From Eledone cirrhosa (taxonomy: Eukaryota), in assembly GCA_964016885.1 (NCBI GenBank), contig OZ024749.1:11842001-11906000 (forward strand): a stretch of DNA of 64,000 bases, in the 5' to 3' direction. The notes below the pieces were generated by a model, which saw nothing but the letters and a program-made list of their open reading frames with translations, had not been told where the DNA came from and searched no databases. The position numbers and the translations under genes were made by a program. Positions 40,091 to 53,547 of this stretch are shown in pieces (within the stretch, counting starts at the first letter, position 1; each line of letters begins with the position of its first letter).

Positions 40091-40586
40091 TATATATATA
40101 TCAATGGCTTCTACAGGACTAGAACTGCTTCATTTGTATAAAAATCATCAGAAATGGGGATTCCTGATTATTTCATATGAATGAAACAATTTTAGTTCTG
40201 TAGAAGTCATTTCTATATTAAATATTGATGTTTACACTTGAGTACCTTATTTACCCTGATTTAACTCAGTATCTACATATATATAAACTTAGGTTTTCCC
40301 ACATCTTAAAGTGTACAATGCAGCAAGGTTCTGCCAGCATAGTTGATCTGGCACATGTCATTACAACCCTTGAATGTGGTTAACAGGTACAAAATGTGAC
40401 CTGCCAAGTGAAATTGATATGACGCTATGGTGTATATTTAATATCTAAAATAAAATGCTGGTTCCAAATATTTAATGTGAGATATTTTAACTCAAGATGA
40501 AGCTGTTCTATTTTAGCTCAAGATGAAGCTGTTCTATTTTGAATATTTCAAACAAAAGGAAATAAATACACAAACAACAAACTTAC

Positions 40587-40725
40587 AAAGTCTTTCATTT
40601 TCAAACAATTCCAGCTTCAGAGTTGCCCCATCACTGAAGACAGAATGAGCTGTCTGTTCTCGTCGACATTTGGCATTTGCAGCTCGTGTCATGATTAAAC
40701 TTGTCCAAGATAGACGTTCATAAAC
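40587..40725 (-). CDS. Host gene exon (VYERLSWTSLIMTRAANAKCRREQTAHSVFSDGATLKLELFENERL)
   Basis: Acceptor tattttag, donor gtaagt; 139 nt, phase 0 to 1. Confidence 0.9.
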
Positions 40726-42057
40726 CTAAAATATGGAGAATTTATACAGGAAATGGTTTCAAATTTATGACATCTAAATAAGAATATCATCTATGAGAAC
40801 TTATAAAGGATGTGATTGTATATTCTGTTGTGTCCATTCATTGTAGACTTGGTATTTAACTGTGCAGTAGAAACGATTCCTAGGTCTTATGATATAATAT
40901 AGACTCTAGAAATAGTTTTTCCCTTATGTCTATATAATAATCTAAGAAATCACAGTTCCTCAACTTTATTATTTATATAGCTTAAAAGCTATACTACCTT
41001 CATTTTTACATCTACCTTTCCATATGGGCATCGCTTGGAAGAAACTTTTTTTAGGCAGTTTTTTTTTTTAAAGCCAGCCTTCATACACACTGTTAATAGA
41101 AATTAAGCCATAGAAATCAAGTAAAAAAAAATGGAGCATAACCTATGCAAAAATGGAAAATAGACATTAAACCTTTAGCATTTAAAGCAGCTATATCCGG
41201 CCAGAATTCTCTCACCTTTTTCTGTTCAAACTGGCCATAACCAGCTGCTCTTACTCATGTTAAAGTATTGTTCTCAAAATAAATAATATCAAAATCTCAT
41301 AAATTTGAAAATACAATAGTATATATAGATTTGAAAATACAATAGTATATATAGAGTAATGTAAATGGTAAAGGGTTAAATATGGAACTAATTTAAGAAC
41401 CCACAATGCTGCCAGATGTATTGTTGATGGGTGACATAACTGTTGATGCAGGTTTTAAATGGTGTTACTTGCAACAGTTAACACACACTGGCAGGGGAGA
41501 GTAATTGACAAAGGCTTGTCACTAAGGGGGGGGAGCAATTAACACGTTTATCACTGGGGGGGGGGGGGGGGTAATTGACGCATGTTTGTCACTAGGGGGG
41601 GGGGGGGGCAATTAACAAGTTTGTCCGTAAAGGGGGGGGGGGGAGCAATTGACACAAGTTTATAAAATATGTCCTCAAACATGTTCCTTGTGAAATAGAA
41701 AGCCCACTAGCTTTAGTTATGCCCTAAAACCTGGCATTGGGTGCCTGGACAAACATGTCACACAGCATCATGATGGATTGTCACCTCTGAGATTTCAGAT
41801 CAGCCCTCACCACCACTGCCACCTCAGCCCTCACCACCCCTTCCTCTGCCACCTCAGCCCTCACCACCTCCTCCTCCACCACCCCTCCTCCTCTGCCCTA
41901 GCTCTCACCACCCCTCCTCTGCCCTAGCCCTCACCACCCCTCCTCCTCCTCTGCCCTAGCCCTAACCACCCCCTCCTACTGAGATGTTTTTGGCACTTCT
42001 TCACCCAACAATCACCCATTTACATCACATTTCTCTACCAGTATGCTCTTCTCTCCT

Positions 42058-42096
<39 letters not shown>

Positions 42097-42112
42097 ATAG
42101 TTATATACAAAC

Positions 42113-42219
42113 CCAGCATCTGAAATTAGACACAGCATCTTCATCATCATATGTGATCAGGTAGGATCTTAAGTCTTCCATCCAATAACCAACACATTTC
42201 AGAATGTTGTCCGCTATAT
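42113..42219 (-). CDS. Host gene exon (DIADNILKCVGYWMEDLRSYLITYDDEDAVSNFRCW)
   Basis: Acceptor ttaatatag (an in-frame alternative AG lies 6 nt downstream), donor gtttgt; 107 nt, phase 1 to 0; same size, phase and motif as exon 61134-61240. Confidence 0.9.
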
Positions 42220-44088
42220 CTATATTAAATATACACAAAATGTTTAACTATTTCCAGAGAGCAACATAGAGCCCCACTGAAGGGACTGAGACCCTATATT
42301 TCTGGCATTGAATGCAGCTCTTTATGTTATCTCAACTACTACTTAGCCGCTCAGATATTTTAGCCTTTTTTAACTCTATTTTCCCTCTGTATATGACTGG
42401 TACTTTATCAACTTTCCTTTCCCCCAAATTCCTGGTATTGTGTTTGTTATTATTATTATTATTGAGGTTAACTTTGCCTTTCATCCTTACAGGGTCGATA
42501 AAATGAAGTACCAGTAATGTACTGGGTAATTGCTGGCCTTGTGCCAAAAATAGAAACATTATTATTATACTAGCCGATTTAAAATCAAAATATTTTTATT
42601 ATTTTATTCTTTTACTGGTCACAGTTATTAGACTGTGACCATGCTGGGGCAGAGTCTTCAAGGAATTGAGTTGATCATATTGACTCCAGTACTTACTTTT
42701 AAAGTCTGGTACTATTTTATCAATCTGTAAAGATGGGCACACATACACATATAAAGTTAGTGTCTCAAGCCCAGAGACTCATCAGGCCTGTGATTATTCT
42801 GATTTCCTTGGTGTTAAGTGACAGAGTATAAGCAAAGTTAAAACCCCAGCTATTGCCGGAGCTGGGTATACTGAAAGAACGTGACATGAAGTATTGCCCA
42901 AGAACACAACATGGTTCAGGAATCAAACTCATGACATTATTATTGTTAATGCAACACCCTAACCACTAGACCATGCATCAAACAGGTTTCAGTACAGTTT
43001 CTATTTACCATTGGTCAGCCTAAGACTTTAGTATATCTCAATAGGGGACACCTTCTGCTCTTCTCCAGCTCCTACTAGTCTTGAAGGCCCCAAAATGAGT
43101 CATCACCACTGCTCTTCTCTATTTTAATAATAGTAAAAGGTTTAATTATGTTCTATCTTAATCTTTAGCTTTTTTGATACCAAACTGACTGAAACATCCC
43201 CCATTTCTCTTAAATAACAACCCTTTATAGGGTTCATATTTATCTAAAAACCTTTCATCATAATTTAAAAAACATTTGTAAAGTTTCAAACACCAGCTTA
43301 ATAATTGTTTCTACATGATGATGATGATTTGGCACAAGGTCAGTAATTTGAAAGAAAAGGAAAATTCAATTAAATTTACCCCAGTGCATTACTGGTACTT
43401 CATTTTATCAACCATGTAAGAATGAAAGGCAAAGCTAACCTTGGTGAGATTTGAACTCAGAATGTAAAGGGTTGTAAGTATGTGCTGCAAAGCACGTTAT
43501 CTGATACTCTACCAATACTAAACACCAGTTTAATCATATTACCACATCCTGCCAAATTGTTGATTACTTTAAAAATTAGGGTAAAGAAAAGGATTAAAAT
43601 GAAGGTGAAATTTAAAGAGCTATGTTTGAAATACCAGCTTAATAATGAGAATGTTCATTATAGTAAAAAATCTGTATAAAGTCTTCTTTTCTGTGTCTTT
43701 CATGAGAAATATGCTATTGTAGTGACTAGCGTCACCTTTGTCCAGGGAACAAAACTAATTGGAGCTACTTCCCGAATATAAGGGATTGTTCTGGCGCCTC
43801 TCTCTCTCTCTTGCAGCTTGACCTTGCTAAGGTAAACAACAATTCTTCTTTTGCTCTGCAAGCACGAACAATATGTAACGACAAAACATTACTACAGGCC
43901 TGGCCAACACCTCAGCCAGTCAACCGTACCTTCTCTTGCAATCTTAATTCGTTTATTTCATTTCTTTTGGCATGCCAGCTTAATCCACCTCTTAACCTTT
44001 GTTAATAAATTATGTAAAAACATGCTAAAGTCTTGGTGAAATATCTATTATATCTTATTGCTAAACTATGGAAAGGGTTAAATCTTAC

Positions 44089-44331
44089 CATATTCTCCAA
44101 TAGGTCTTCCACGATAATCAACTGTTTCACAATATTCTACATCAATCTCCATTTTTGTCATATCTTGGATACAAGACTTTGCTTCACTCATCACATTGCG
44201 ACAGTCCACTTGTACACGAGGTTTGTCTGTGATACCCCTGATACGAGTGGCATAGAATTCACCAGGATACCCGTTTTGTATAAATGTGTAGCGTCCTCCG
44301 ATAGGGCATGCAACAGGACTGGGTGGATTAA
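44089..44331 (-). CDS. Host gene exon (NPPSPVACPIGGRYTF...TRIRGITDKPRVQVDC...YCETVDYRGRPIGEY)
   Basis: Acceptor tactttcag, donor gtaaga; 243 nt open, phase 1 to 1; CPxxGxY repeat-start motif. Confidence 0.92.
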
Positions 44332-45631
44332 CTGAAAGTAATTAAAATCATTATAAAAACAAAATGTTACAAATTAATCATCATTTTTATGTTGACTTTT
44401 TTTCCACACTGGCATGGGTTGGCTGGGACCTGTTGAGGCAATGTTTAACCCTTTAATGTTCAAACCGGCCAGAATTCTCTACCTCTTTCTGTTGAAACTG
44501 GCTGTAACTGGTCACTCAAACTGATGTTAAGGTATTGTTCTCAAAATAAATACTTTCAAAATCTCATAGATTCGATATTATGTGAGATAATTATGTGAGA
44601 TAAAGCCTTTACCATGAAAATATAATAGTATATATAGAGTAATGTGAATGTTATGTGAGGTAAAGCCTTTACCATGAAAATATAATAGTATATATAGAGT
44701 AATGTGAATGTTATGTGAGATAATTATGTGAGATAAAGCCTTTACCATGAAAATATAATAGTATATATAGAGTAATGTGAATGTTATGTGAGATAATTAT
44801 GTGAGGTAAAGCCTTTACCTTGAAAATATAATAGTATATATAGAGTAATGTGAATGCTAACGGGTTAACAATCAAACACCCTTCCTGACCACCAACCCTT
44901 TTAGATGCTTCTTATTACATGCAGGAATACAGTGCACCTATTCTAAACTGGGTACACATGGTTATGGGTGTGTGTCAATAGCTCTGGAGAGGGGCTCATT
45001 TTAGGCACTGTCAGCTGGGATTCAAATCACGTCAGTCTCTTGTCATGTCAGAACATTATATAACACTATGTCCAAAATTCAAATAACATTTTTAAAAACA
45101 TTCCTCATGATACAATATGTGATGTAATGTGATCTTCAAATGAATTGTGATTCTTAGAGAACTTCTCTAGAATAGCAATGGCACCATGTCTGCTTTTCTA
45201 TGTCAGTATTTAATTGGGGCTACTGTCCTTATTAACAGGTCAGGGGCTTCTCATTGAAATACATACCATAGTTTCTATAACTGGATACCTTTCCTAACGG
45301 CAACTCCTGTATAGAAAATACTGAAGTGGTTGACACATCTTTGGCATGACTGAAGAGTCCTCTTCAAATTCTTTGTGGTTATTCTTTTTAAGAGATGGAT
45401 TGGGGAGTGGGGCTGTCTTGCTCTGAGATATGTGTGGGGCAACCTTGATTTAATAAGACTTGATCCTTAGTGGGAATTAAGAAGGCTAAGGTGGGTCTAG
45501 ATACTCAGGGCGGGAAGTGAGAGCTACATACTGGTTGTTGGTGAAGTGAGTAGATGACAGCCAAAGTGTAGTAAGGGAGGTAAGCATGGGAGACTGATTC
45601 TCATTTCATAATTCCATGAAGTAGAACTTAC

Positions 45632-45766
45632 ATATAAAATAGTCATATTTCCAGTTAAAGTCATCTCTATTCATAACAAATGCTTGCCAAGTGCAAGACG
45701 AACGGAATTTCTTCATAAGAAAGTTTGCTTCTTGCTTTTCACCAAGGGTTAGTCGGTTTGGTTTCC
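45632..45766 (-). CDS. Host gene exon (KPNRLTLGEKQEANFLMKKFRSSCTWQAF...KYDYFI)
   Basis: Acceptor tttctcttag, donor gtaagt; 135 nt, phase 1 to 1. Confidence 0.88.
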
Positions 45767-45865
45767 CTAAGAGAAAGAAATATAATGGTGGAAGTAGCAT
45801 AAAATAAAGATGATAAAACCATAATTTATATTTCATAATTGTTTCTACTTTATATCTTATATTTC

Positions 45866-47010
45866 ATAATTGTTTCTACTTTAGGCACAAGGCCAGCAAT
45901 TACCCAGTACATTACTGGTACTTTATTTTATCGACCCCGTAAGGACGAAAGGCAAAGTCAACCTCGGCGGGATTTGAACTCAGACCGTAAAGGGACATAA
46001 CTATGCTGGAAAGCATGGCGTCCAACCCTCTACCGATACTGCCAATCCACCAATACTTTACTGTTCTTTCATCATTATATTTTCTATACTGGGTAATTGC
46101 TGGCCTTGTAGTAACAATTATATTTTCTATTCATAAATCAGGTAAAATTATATAATTGTAAATTATTGATATTTAAACATCTGACAAAATTTTAAGCCTG
46201 CACATAGAAAATTAAGAAAATTACAAACAAATAAAATTGATAACCCTCTTGAGTATGATTAACTCAAAATAATTGTTTCTACTTTAGGCACAAGGCCAGC
46301 AATTACCCAGTACATTACTGGTACTTTATTTTATGGACCCCGTAAGGATGAAAGGCAAAGTTAACCTCGGCGGGATTTGAACTCTAAATGATTAACTCAA
46401 AATAATGTGAACAGATAAGCATGACATTTGAAAATTAATGCGAATGCTAAAGGGTTAAGGAAGGGCAAATTTGATTATATCAACACCAATACCTTACTGG
46501 TACTTTATTTTATCAATCTTGAAAGGATGAAAGGTGAAATTGATAGGATTTGAACTCAGAACATAGTCATAACTAAATACCTCAAAGTATTTTGTCTGAA
46601 ACTCTAATGACTATCTTAATTAATAATTGTTTCTTACATAGGCTCAAGGCCAGCAATTCTGGCGGAGGGAAAAGTCAATGAAATCGACCCCAGTGCGTGA
46701 CTGGTACTTTATTTTATCAACCCTGTAAAGATGAAAGGCAAAGTTAACCTCAGTGGGATTTGAACTCAGGTCATAAAGGGACGTAACTCTTTGTTACAAA
46801 CTATGGCGTCCGACCCTCTGCAGATACTGCTAATCCACCGCCCTTAATGGTTTCTTATATAGGCACAAGGCCAGTAATTGGGGGTGGGGGATGGCGAAGT
46901 CGATTAAATCAACCCCTGTAACGTTACTAGTGTTTTATTTTATCGACCCCGTAAGAATGAGAGGTATAACTAACTTCAGCAGGATTTGAACTCAGAATAT
47001 AGGGAGTCAT
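45866..47010 (-). mobile_element. Cluster of ~5 SINE family B copies (Nin/Deu-like central domain)
   Basis: Repeated ggcacaaggccagcaat...tactggtactttattttatcgacccc...gaaaggcaaagt...ggatttgaactcag; other copies at ~8140-8353, 30428-30540, 42465-42565(+), 43325-43520, 59500-59600 and 61275-61385. Confidence 0.85.
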
Positions 47011-47109
47011 TACTCAACTCTATCCCTGCCTTCCAATGGGTTGCTAATAGTTTTTAATAGCAAACAATTTCTCAAATTCTGGGCAATAAATATGGAATAT
47101 GAAACTTAC

Positions 47110-47174
47110 CAATTCTAAATCTCACAATACTGTGATGTCTCGGTTGAATGTCAAAACAGACAAAATCAATTTCA
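47110..47174 (-). CDS. Host gene exon (CEIDFVCFDIQPRHHSIVRFRIG)
   Basis: Acceptor tttcttttcttttag, donor gtaagt; 65 nt, phase 2 to 1; TG|T junction restores a Cys codon. Confidence 0.88.
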
Positions 47175-47339
47175 CTAAAAGAAAAGAAATGAAATCATCA
47201 TCATCATCGTTTTTATTTTGGCATGGGTTGGATGGAATGGTGTGAGGCACCTAGATGCCCCTCCTGACAACCCTTTCAGTTACTTCTTACGGCAGAAATA
47301 GTGTACATATTCTAAACTGGATACACATGACTTACTATA

Positions 47340-47900
47340 CATCATCATCATCATTTAATGTCCATTTTCCACGCTGGCATGGGTTAGACGGGTTGTCCCA
47401 TTTGAAGCAGGTTGGGTCAGGTGACTGTGCCTTGCTCATATAGAACTGATTCTGACTTGGTTTCTACAGCTGGATGCCCTTTCTAACACCAACCACATTT
47501 ACAGTGTGTATTGGGTGCTTTTTGTCATGACACCTACATGACATTACAGTGTAAGGTTGGTGTGAACAGAAGTGAGTGAGTGGTTGTTAGGGCGTGGGAG
47601 GTGTATGGAAGGGAGACAGGGGTTAAGAGGTGCATACTAGATGTATGCTTCAGTCCATATGCATGGGAAAGCAAGTAAAAACCTTTTGTAACTAACAGCG
47701 GAGTTAGCTCCCTGAACTTTCTCCATCCCGTTCTCTACTGTACTTTTGAAACACATTCTTCCACTGCTGATTTGGTCGCCTAGGGAACAGAAACTGTTGA
47801 CTATTTCTATAGAGCCCTCTGGGCATTTGAAGGAGCTAGCATGCTGTTGGCTCTTGCTATTTACTGCACCTGTGCAGTAAGTTGCAAGAGCCATAACCAT
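47340..47900 (-). mobile_element. Degenerate RTE 3' fragment
   Basis: GSIEIVNSFCSLGDQISSG; RTE-type 3' UTR and GAT tail. Confidence 0.75.
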
Positions 47901-47924
47901 AAACCCATGTCTCATCATCAGTGA

Positions 47925-48507
47925 TAAAGATCTTTATGAAGTCTGTGTTGTAGTTTGCACAGTCCAGCATGTCCTAAGTGATTTCCATGTGAAGTTGATT
48001 CTGTTGCTCTGCCAGCACCTTGGGGATGATTTCACTGACACTTTCCACATGCACAAATCCCCTGTTAAACTGGAATACACTGCTCCTGTGCTTATTCTCA
48101 CTTCGTGAACAATTTCCTGGATTGCTATATGATGGTCTTCCATGACTATTTTCTAAACTTTCTCAATCAGCTCCTTGTTTTGGGTTGCGGATGGCCTGCC
48201 TGAGTGTGTCTCCCTCGCCACTGAGGTGCGGCCATGTTTGAAGAGGATCTACTTTATCTGAGTTTTGCCCAAGGTATCATCACCAAAGGCCTGCTGAATC
48301 TTCTGAATGGTTTGAGCTTCAGTATCACCAAGCTTTTGCCAAAACTTGATCCAGTATTTCTGCTCAATGCATTCAGTCATCTTGCATGAAAACGAAAATC
48401 CAACAAGTGTGCACTACACGTCTGGCACAAAAATGTTCATGCGTGCAGAGGAAAGGTGATTTTGGTAGGGAAAAAATAAAGTCAGATACTTTTTGAATGC
48501 ACCTGAA
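47925..48507 (-). mobile_element. Mariner 5' half
   Basis: TIR caggtgcattcaaaaagtatc; IKFWQKLG...IQQAFGDD; IQEIVHEVRISTGAV. Confidence 0.75.
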
Positions 48508-48889
48508 ATATATATACATATATCAGTTCCTGTCCCACCCCTGCAAGCAGGGAAAAGCAGACGCAAAAATGAAATGATGATGATGATGATGATATACATA
48601 TATCTCTCCATGTAAGGTACTCATGATGATGAAAGAGGACACCACTGACCCTGTAAGGCGGTCTTGTTGGTGACAACAAGAAACACCCAGTCCACCCTAT
48701 TAGTTGGTCATTTTAGTTCCACAGTAAAAAGCACCCAGTCCACAGTGTAAATGTGGTTGGTGTTAGGAAGGGCATCCAGTCAGAGAAACCTTGCTAGAAA
48801 CAGTTCTATATGAACAAGACTCAATTATACACGTGGTAGAATGGAAAATGGACATTTAATGGTGATGATGACATATATGCATATATATA

Positions 48890-49230
48890 TCATCATCATC
48901 ATCATCATCTTACGTCCGCTTTTCCCTGCTTGCAAGGGTGGGACGGGAACTGATTCTGGCTTGATTTCTACAGCTGGATGCCCTTCCTAACACCAACCTC
49001 ATTTACTGTGAGTGCTGGGTGTTTTTTTGCCGTGGCACCTCCACGACCACTTTGCAGTGGAATGATAGGGACCCCAGTCCCTATCATCTCATTTCTACAG
49101 CTGAGTATACTGGAGCAATGGGAAATAAAGTATCTTGCTCAAGGAAACAACACATCACCTGGTCTGAGAATTGAACTCACAACCTTTCGATTGCAAGGCC
49201 AATGCTCTAACCACTAAGCCATGCGCCTCC
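48890..49230 (-). mobile_element. SINE family A copy
   Basis: Closely matches the reverse complement of 54147-54493. Confidence 0.88.
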
Positions 49231-49407
49231 ATATATGTATATAGATAGATAAATATACACGGGTGTGTATGATTGTGTATAGAAGATTATATTAATAAAA
49301 GGAATTCCAACTTTGTCTGATTTACTCGTTTTATTTACAATCCTTTAAAATTTATAATGGTATTAGAATGAAATAGTATGGTAGAATATTAAATGTTAAG
49401 TGTTAAT

Positions 49408-49446
49408 TGAACAAGTACTTTCATGCTTTCGCAATCTTCAGGTTCA
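49408..49446 (-). ncRNA. Minimal hammerhead with palindromic stem III
   Basis: TGAAC-CTGAAGA-tTGC gaaa GCAt-GAAA-GTAC-TT-GTTCA; stem III palindrome AGTACT. Confidence 0.8.
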
Positions 49447-49589
49447 TATTGTGTGGTGACAGTCAACTTGTTCAATTAACACTTAACATTTAATATTCTA
49501 CCATACTATTTCATTCTAATACCATTATAAATTTTAAAGGATTGTAAATAAAACGAGTAAATCAGACAAAGTTGGAATTCCTTTTATTA

Positions 49590-49627
<38 letters not shown>

Positions 49628-49754
49628 GTGTATATATATATATATATATTTCGAAACTCCCGCTTACACTCGACCCCCCCCCCCCCCACCCGCTACTTCG
49701 AAGGCATGGGGCGGTCAAACGCCTAACACACACAACCATCATGCGGCCACCCCC

Positions 49755-49791
<37 letters not shown>

Positions 49792-49799
49792 ATAGGAAT

Positions 49800-52700
49800 T
49801 CACTTCGCCAAATTTCATTGCTTTGCTGTCTACCCCACGATATTCATGTAACGTAATGATTTTCCTTCATCTCTACCTCCACAAATCCTAATTTCCCCAT
49901 TTCCTAATTCTAGCGTATTTTCAAAACAATCCATATTTCGTATCAAGTCCAAATAGCCAATCTATCGCTAAAACAATCTACATTTTTTGTATTTATTAAT
50001 TGTTAAATACGAAAGTTTTTGGTCGTATTGAACAGAACAAATTTTGTATTTTTGTTAATCGCTTGTTAAATGCAAGGACCCCATTCAATCATTACCTTCT
50101 ATCTAGCTACCCAACACCCCTCCCTCCCGCCCCCACGCACCACCATTGCTATTACGTGGACCAATCATAAGCCAGAGCCCCCACGCATCACCAGTATTAT
50201 TACGCGGACCAATCAGAAGCCAGAGGCCTATACTATCGCTTGCCTGGTTGCCTTTCGATATATGATGGATGGATGGACTGCGGAATCCTGGAGAGTGAAG
50301 GAGAGAGAGAGAAAAATCTGGACGCTCAGCGACAATGCCAAAGATAAAGACAAATTCACCTCTTGGACGAGAATGCGAGCACTCCTCATTGTTTCGACCG
50401 CGGACGGCTAACATAACCCCATCGACCCCCGCCCTCCACCGCCCCCAAACGCAATCCAAAACTTCAGAGCTGGTACCATAAATGTAGGCACCCTAAAGGG
50501 TCGCGCTAACGAGGTTGTAGAAATGTTTGAACGTAAGGAGGTCGATGTTTGTTGTATTCAAGAGACCAGGTGGAGGGGTGGGTCTGCTAGGTTCATTGAG
50601 GGTAAAAAACGATGTTATAAGCTTTTCTGGGTGGGAAACGACGATGGGCTGGGTGGAGTAGGAATCATGGTAGCAGAAAAGTGGGCAGATAAGATAATAG
50701 ACGTAAATAGAGTGAACGACAGAATAATTAAAATACGACTTGTCCTCAATAGAACTACAGTGACAGTAATATCTGCGTACGCACCCCAATCCGGACTGCC
50801 CGGCACTATAAAAGACAGATTCTATGAGACACTGATGCTAACTACCTCCCAAATATCCGACAGTGACTATATAATTATCGCAGGCGACCTAAATGGTCAC
50901 GGACAACATTGTGACGGCTACGACGAAATCCATGGAGGCTATGGGTTTGGTACTAGAAATGAGGAAGGCTCCAGAATCCTGGAATTCTGTGATGCAAATA
51001 ACCTAACTATCTAACTTCAAAAAACGTGACAATCACCTGATCACCTATAGATCCGGGGAACACACAAGCCAGGTAGATTATATCCTTACCAGAAGACGTG
51101 ACAGAGTGTCTGTTGTAAACACTAAATCCCTCCCCCATGAAGAATGCACCTCCCAACATAGACTGATAATTAGCGACCTCATAGTCAGGACGAGACGTAC
51201 TCGACAGCAGAAGAGGACTATCCTCAGGAGAAAAATATGGAAGCTAAAGGACCCCACAGCCAGAAATAAATTTCAAAGCATATTACTTGATGCTTTCGAC
51301 AGTAAGGAAGAACATTTAGAGTCGGACAATATAGAGGGACAGTGGGAATTTCTGAAAGCAAACCTGCTGTTGGCGACAGACGAAGTCTGTGGCTGGAGCA
51401 GGCCTGTAGGCAGGAGGAGAGTAACATGGTGGTGGAACAGTAAGGTGGAGGGGTCAATTAAGGCCAAAAAGCAGGCTTGGAAAGTATGGCGGGATGGGGG
51501 AAGTAGAGAAGACTATCAAGTGGCCAGGAGGGAAGCTAGGAGACAAGTGTACTTAGCAAGAAGGGAAGCTGAGGAAAGAAAGTTCAAGCATGTTCTACAA
51601 CGCGATGACCAAAAACGTGAGGTGTTCAGGATTGCTAGGCAATGCGTCAAGGAAAACCGTGATATTGTCGGGGAGAAGTGTGTACTAAACGACGATGGCA
51701 CACTTGCCATCACCGACGCTGATAAGAAGGTAGCTTGGAAGTGTCACTATGAAAGGCTACTAAATGAGGAGAATAAATGGGAGAAAGACAGTCTCCCCCC
51801 ACATCGACCCAATAGAGGGACCAGCAGTGTTAGTCGAGGGGAGTATAATAAGTAAAGCAATCAAGGATATGAAGACGGGTAAGGCGGCTGGGCCTTCGGA
51901 AATAGTTGCTGAGATGCTGAAGGCATCTGGCACGGTGGGACACACCATGGTCACCCGCATAGTTAACCAAGTCGTACAGAATGGGGTTGTTCCGAAGGAC
52001 TGGCATAGCAGCATCATCGTTAACTGTTATAAGGGTAAAGGAGATGCCCTAGATAGGAGTAACTATAGAAGCATTAAATTAATCGACCAGGTCATGAAGG
52101 TCACGGAAAAAGTAATAGCGCAACTAATCAGAGAGAGAATTGACCTAGATGAAATGCAGTTCGGGTTTGTGTCAGGCAAAAGTACCACAGACGCTCTTTT
52201 CATAGTACGACAACTACAGGAGAAGTACCTAGCTAAAGGTAAACCCCTCTACTTAGCTTTTGTCAACTTGGAGAAAGCCTTCGACAGAGTCCCCCACTCC
52301 ATTATCTGGTGGGCTCTTAGAAAACTAGGCGTTGACGAATGGCTTGTGAGGGCTATACAAGCCATGTATAAAGAAACAGTCAGCAAGGTTAGAATTAACA
52401 ACGAATATAGTGAAGAGTTTAGCGTAAAAGTTGGCGTCCATCAGGGCTCTGTTCTCAGCCCCCTACTATTTATTATTGCCCTTCAGGCTATAACAGAGGA
52501 GTTCAAGACAGGCTGCCCATGGGAACTCCTATACGCAGACGACCTGACACTCATAGCGGAATCAATGGCCGAGCTAGAGAAGAAATTCCAAACATGGAAG
52601 CACGGCCTAGAGTCAAAAGGACTTAAAATTAACCTGGCTAAGACCAAAGTACTAGTTTGTAGGAAAGAAAACAAGGCGGCGGTCCCTTTTGGGAAATGGT

Positions 52701-53547
52701 CGTGCTCGGTGTGTAGGAAAGGCGTAGGTAGAAACTCCATTTTATGTCCTAAATGCAAAGTATGGGTGCATAAAAGATGTAGTGGGATCACAGGTAAGCT
52801 AACTAAGAACATAGATTTTACATGTGGCCGGTGTTCTGGTGCAATAAGTAGCAGCAAGTGCCCACAAAATACTAGCTCTTTCAATTGCGCAGAGGGTTCT
52901 ATAGAAATAGTGGACAGCTTCCGTTACCTGGGCGATAAAATCAGCAGTGGGGGAGGGTGCTCTGAAAGTACTGTAGCTAGAGTCAGAACTGGTTGGAAAA
53001 AGTTCAGAGAGCTTATACCACTATTAGCCGCTAGAGGGTTCTCCCTAAAAATGAAAGGCAGGTTGTACGATGCCTGCATACGAACAGCAATGCTGCATGG
53101 CAGTGAGACCTGGGCATTGTGTGCAGAGGATATACGCAGACTAGAGAGGAACGAAGCTTGCATGCTCCGCTGGATGTGTAACAGTAATATACGTGAACGG
53201 CAAAGCATAAACGAACTAAGGAAAAAATTAGAGATAAGAGGGATCAGATGTTTACTCGAGAGAAGGCTACATTGGTATGGACACGTGATGCGCATGAAAG
53301 TCGATAGCTGTATAACAAAGTGCAGGGCAATAAAGATAGACGGTAGTCACGGAATAGGCAGACCTAGAAAAACCTGGGACGAGCTGATAAACTCCGACCT
53401 CACACACTTACACCTCTCCAAGACAATGTCACTGGACCGAGACCTTTGGCGGTACTCAGTAACAGAGAAGACCTGCCTTACCTAAATATATAGTAAAACC
53501 TGCTCCAGCCAGTAGGCATCTCTAACAAAATACACCCCGTTAAACGT

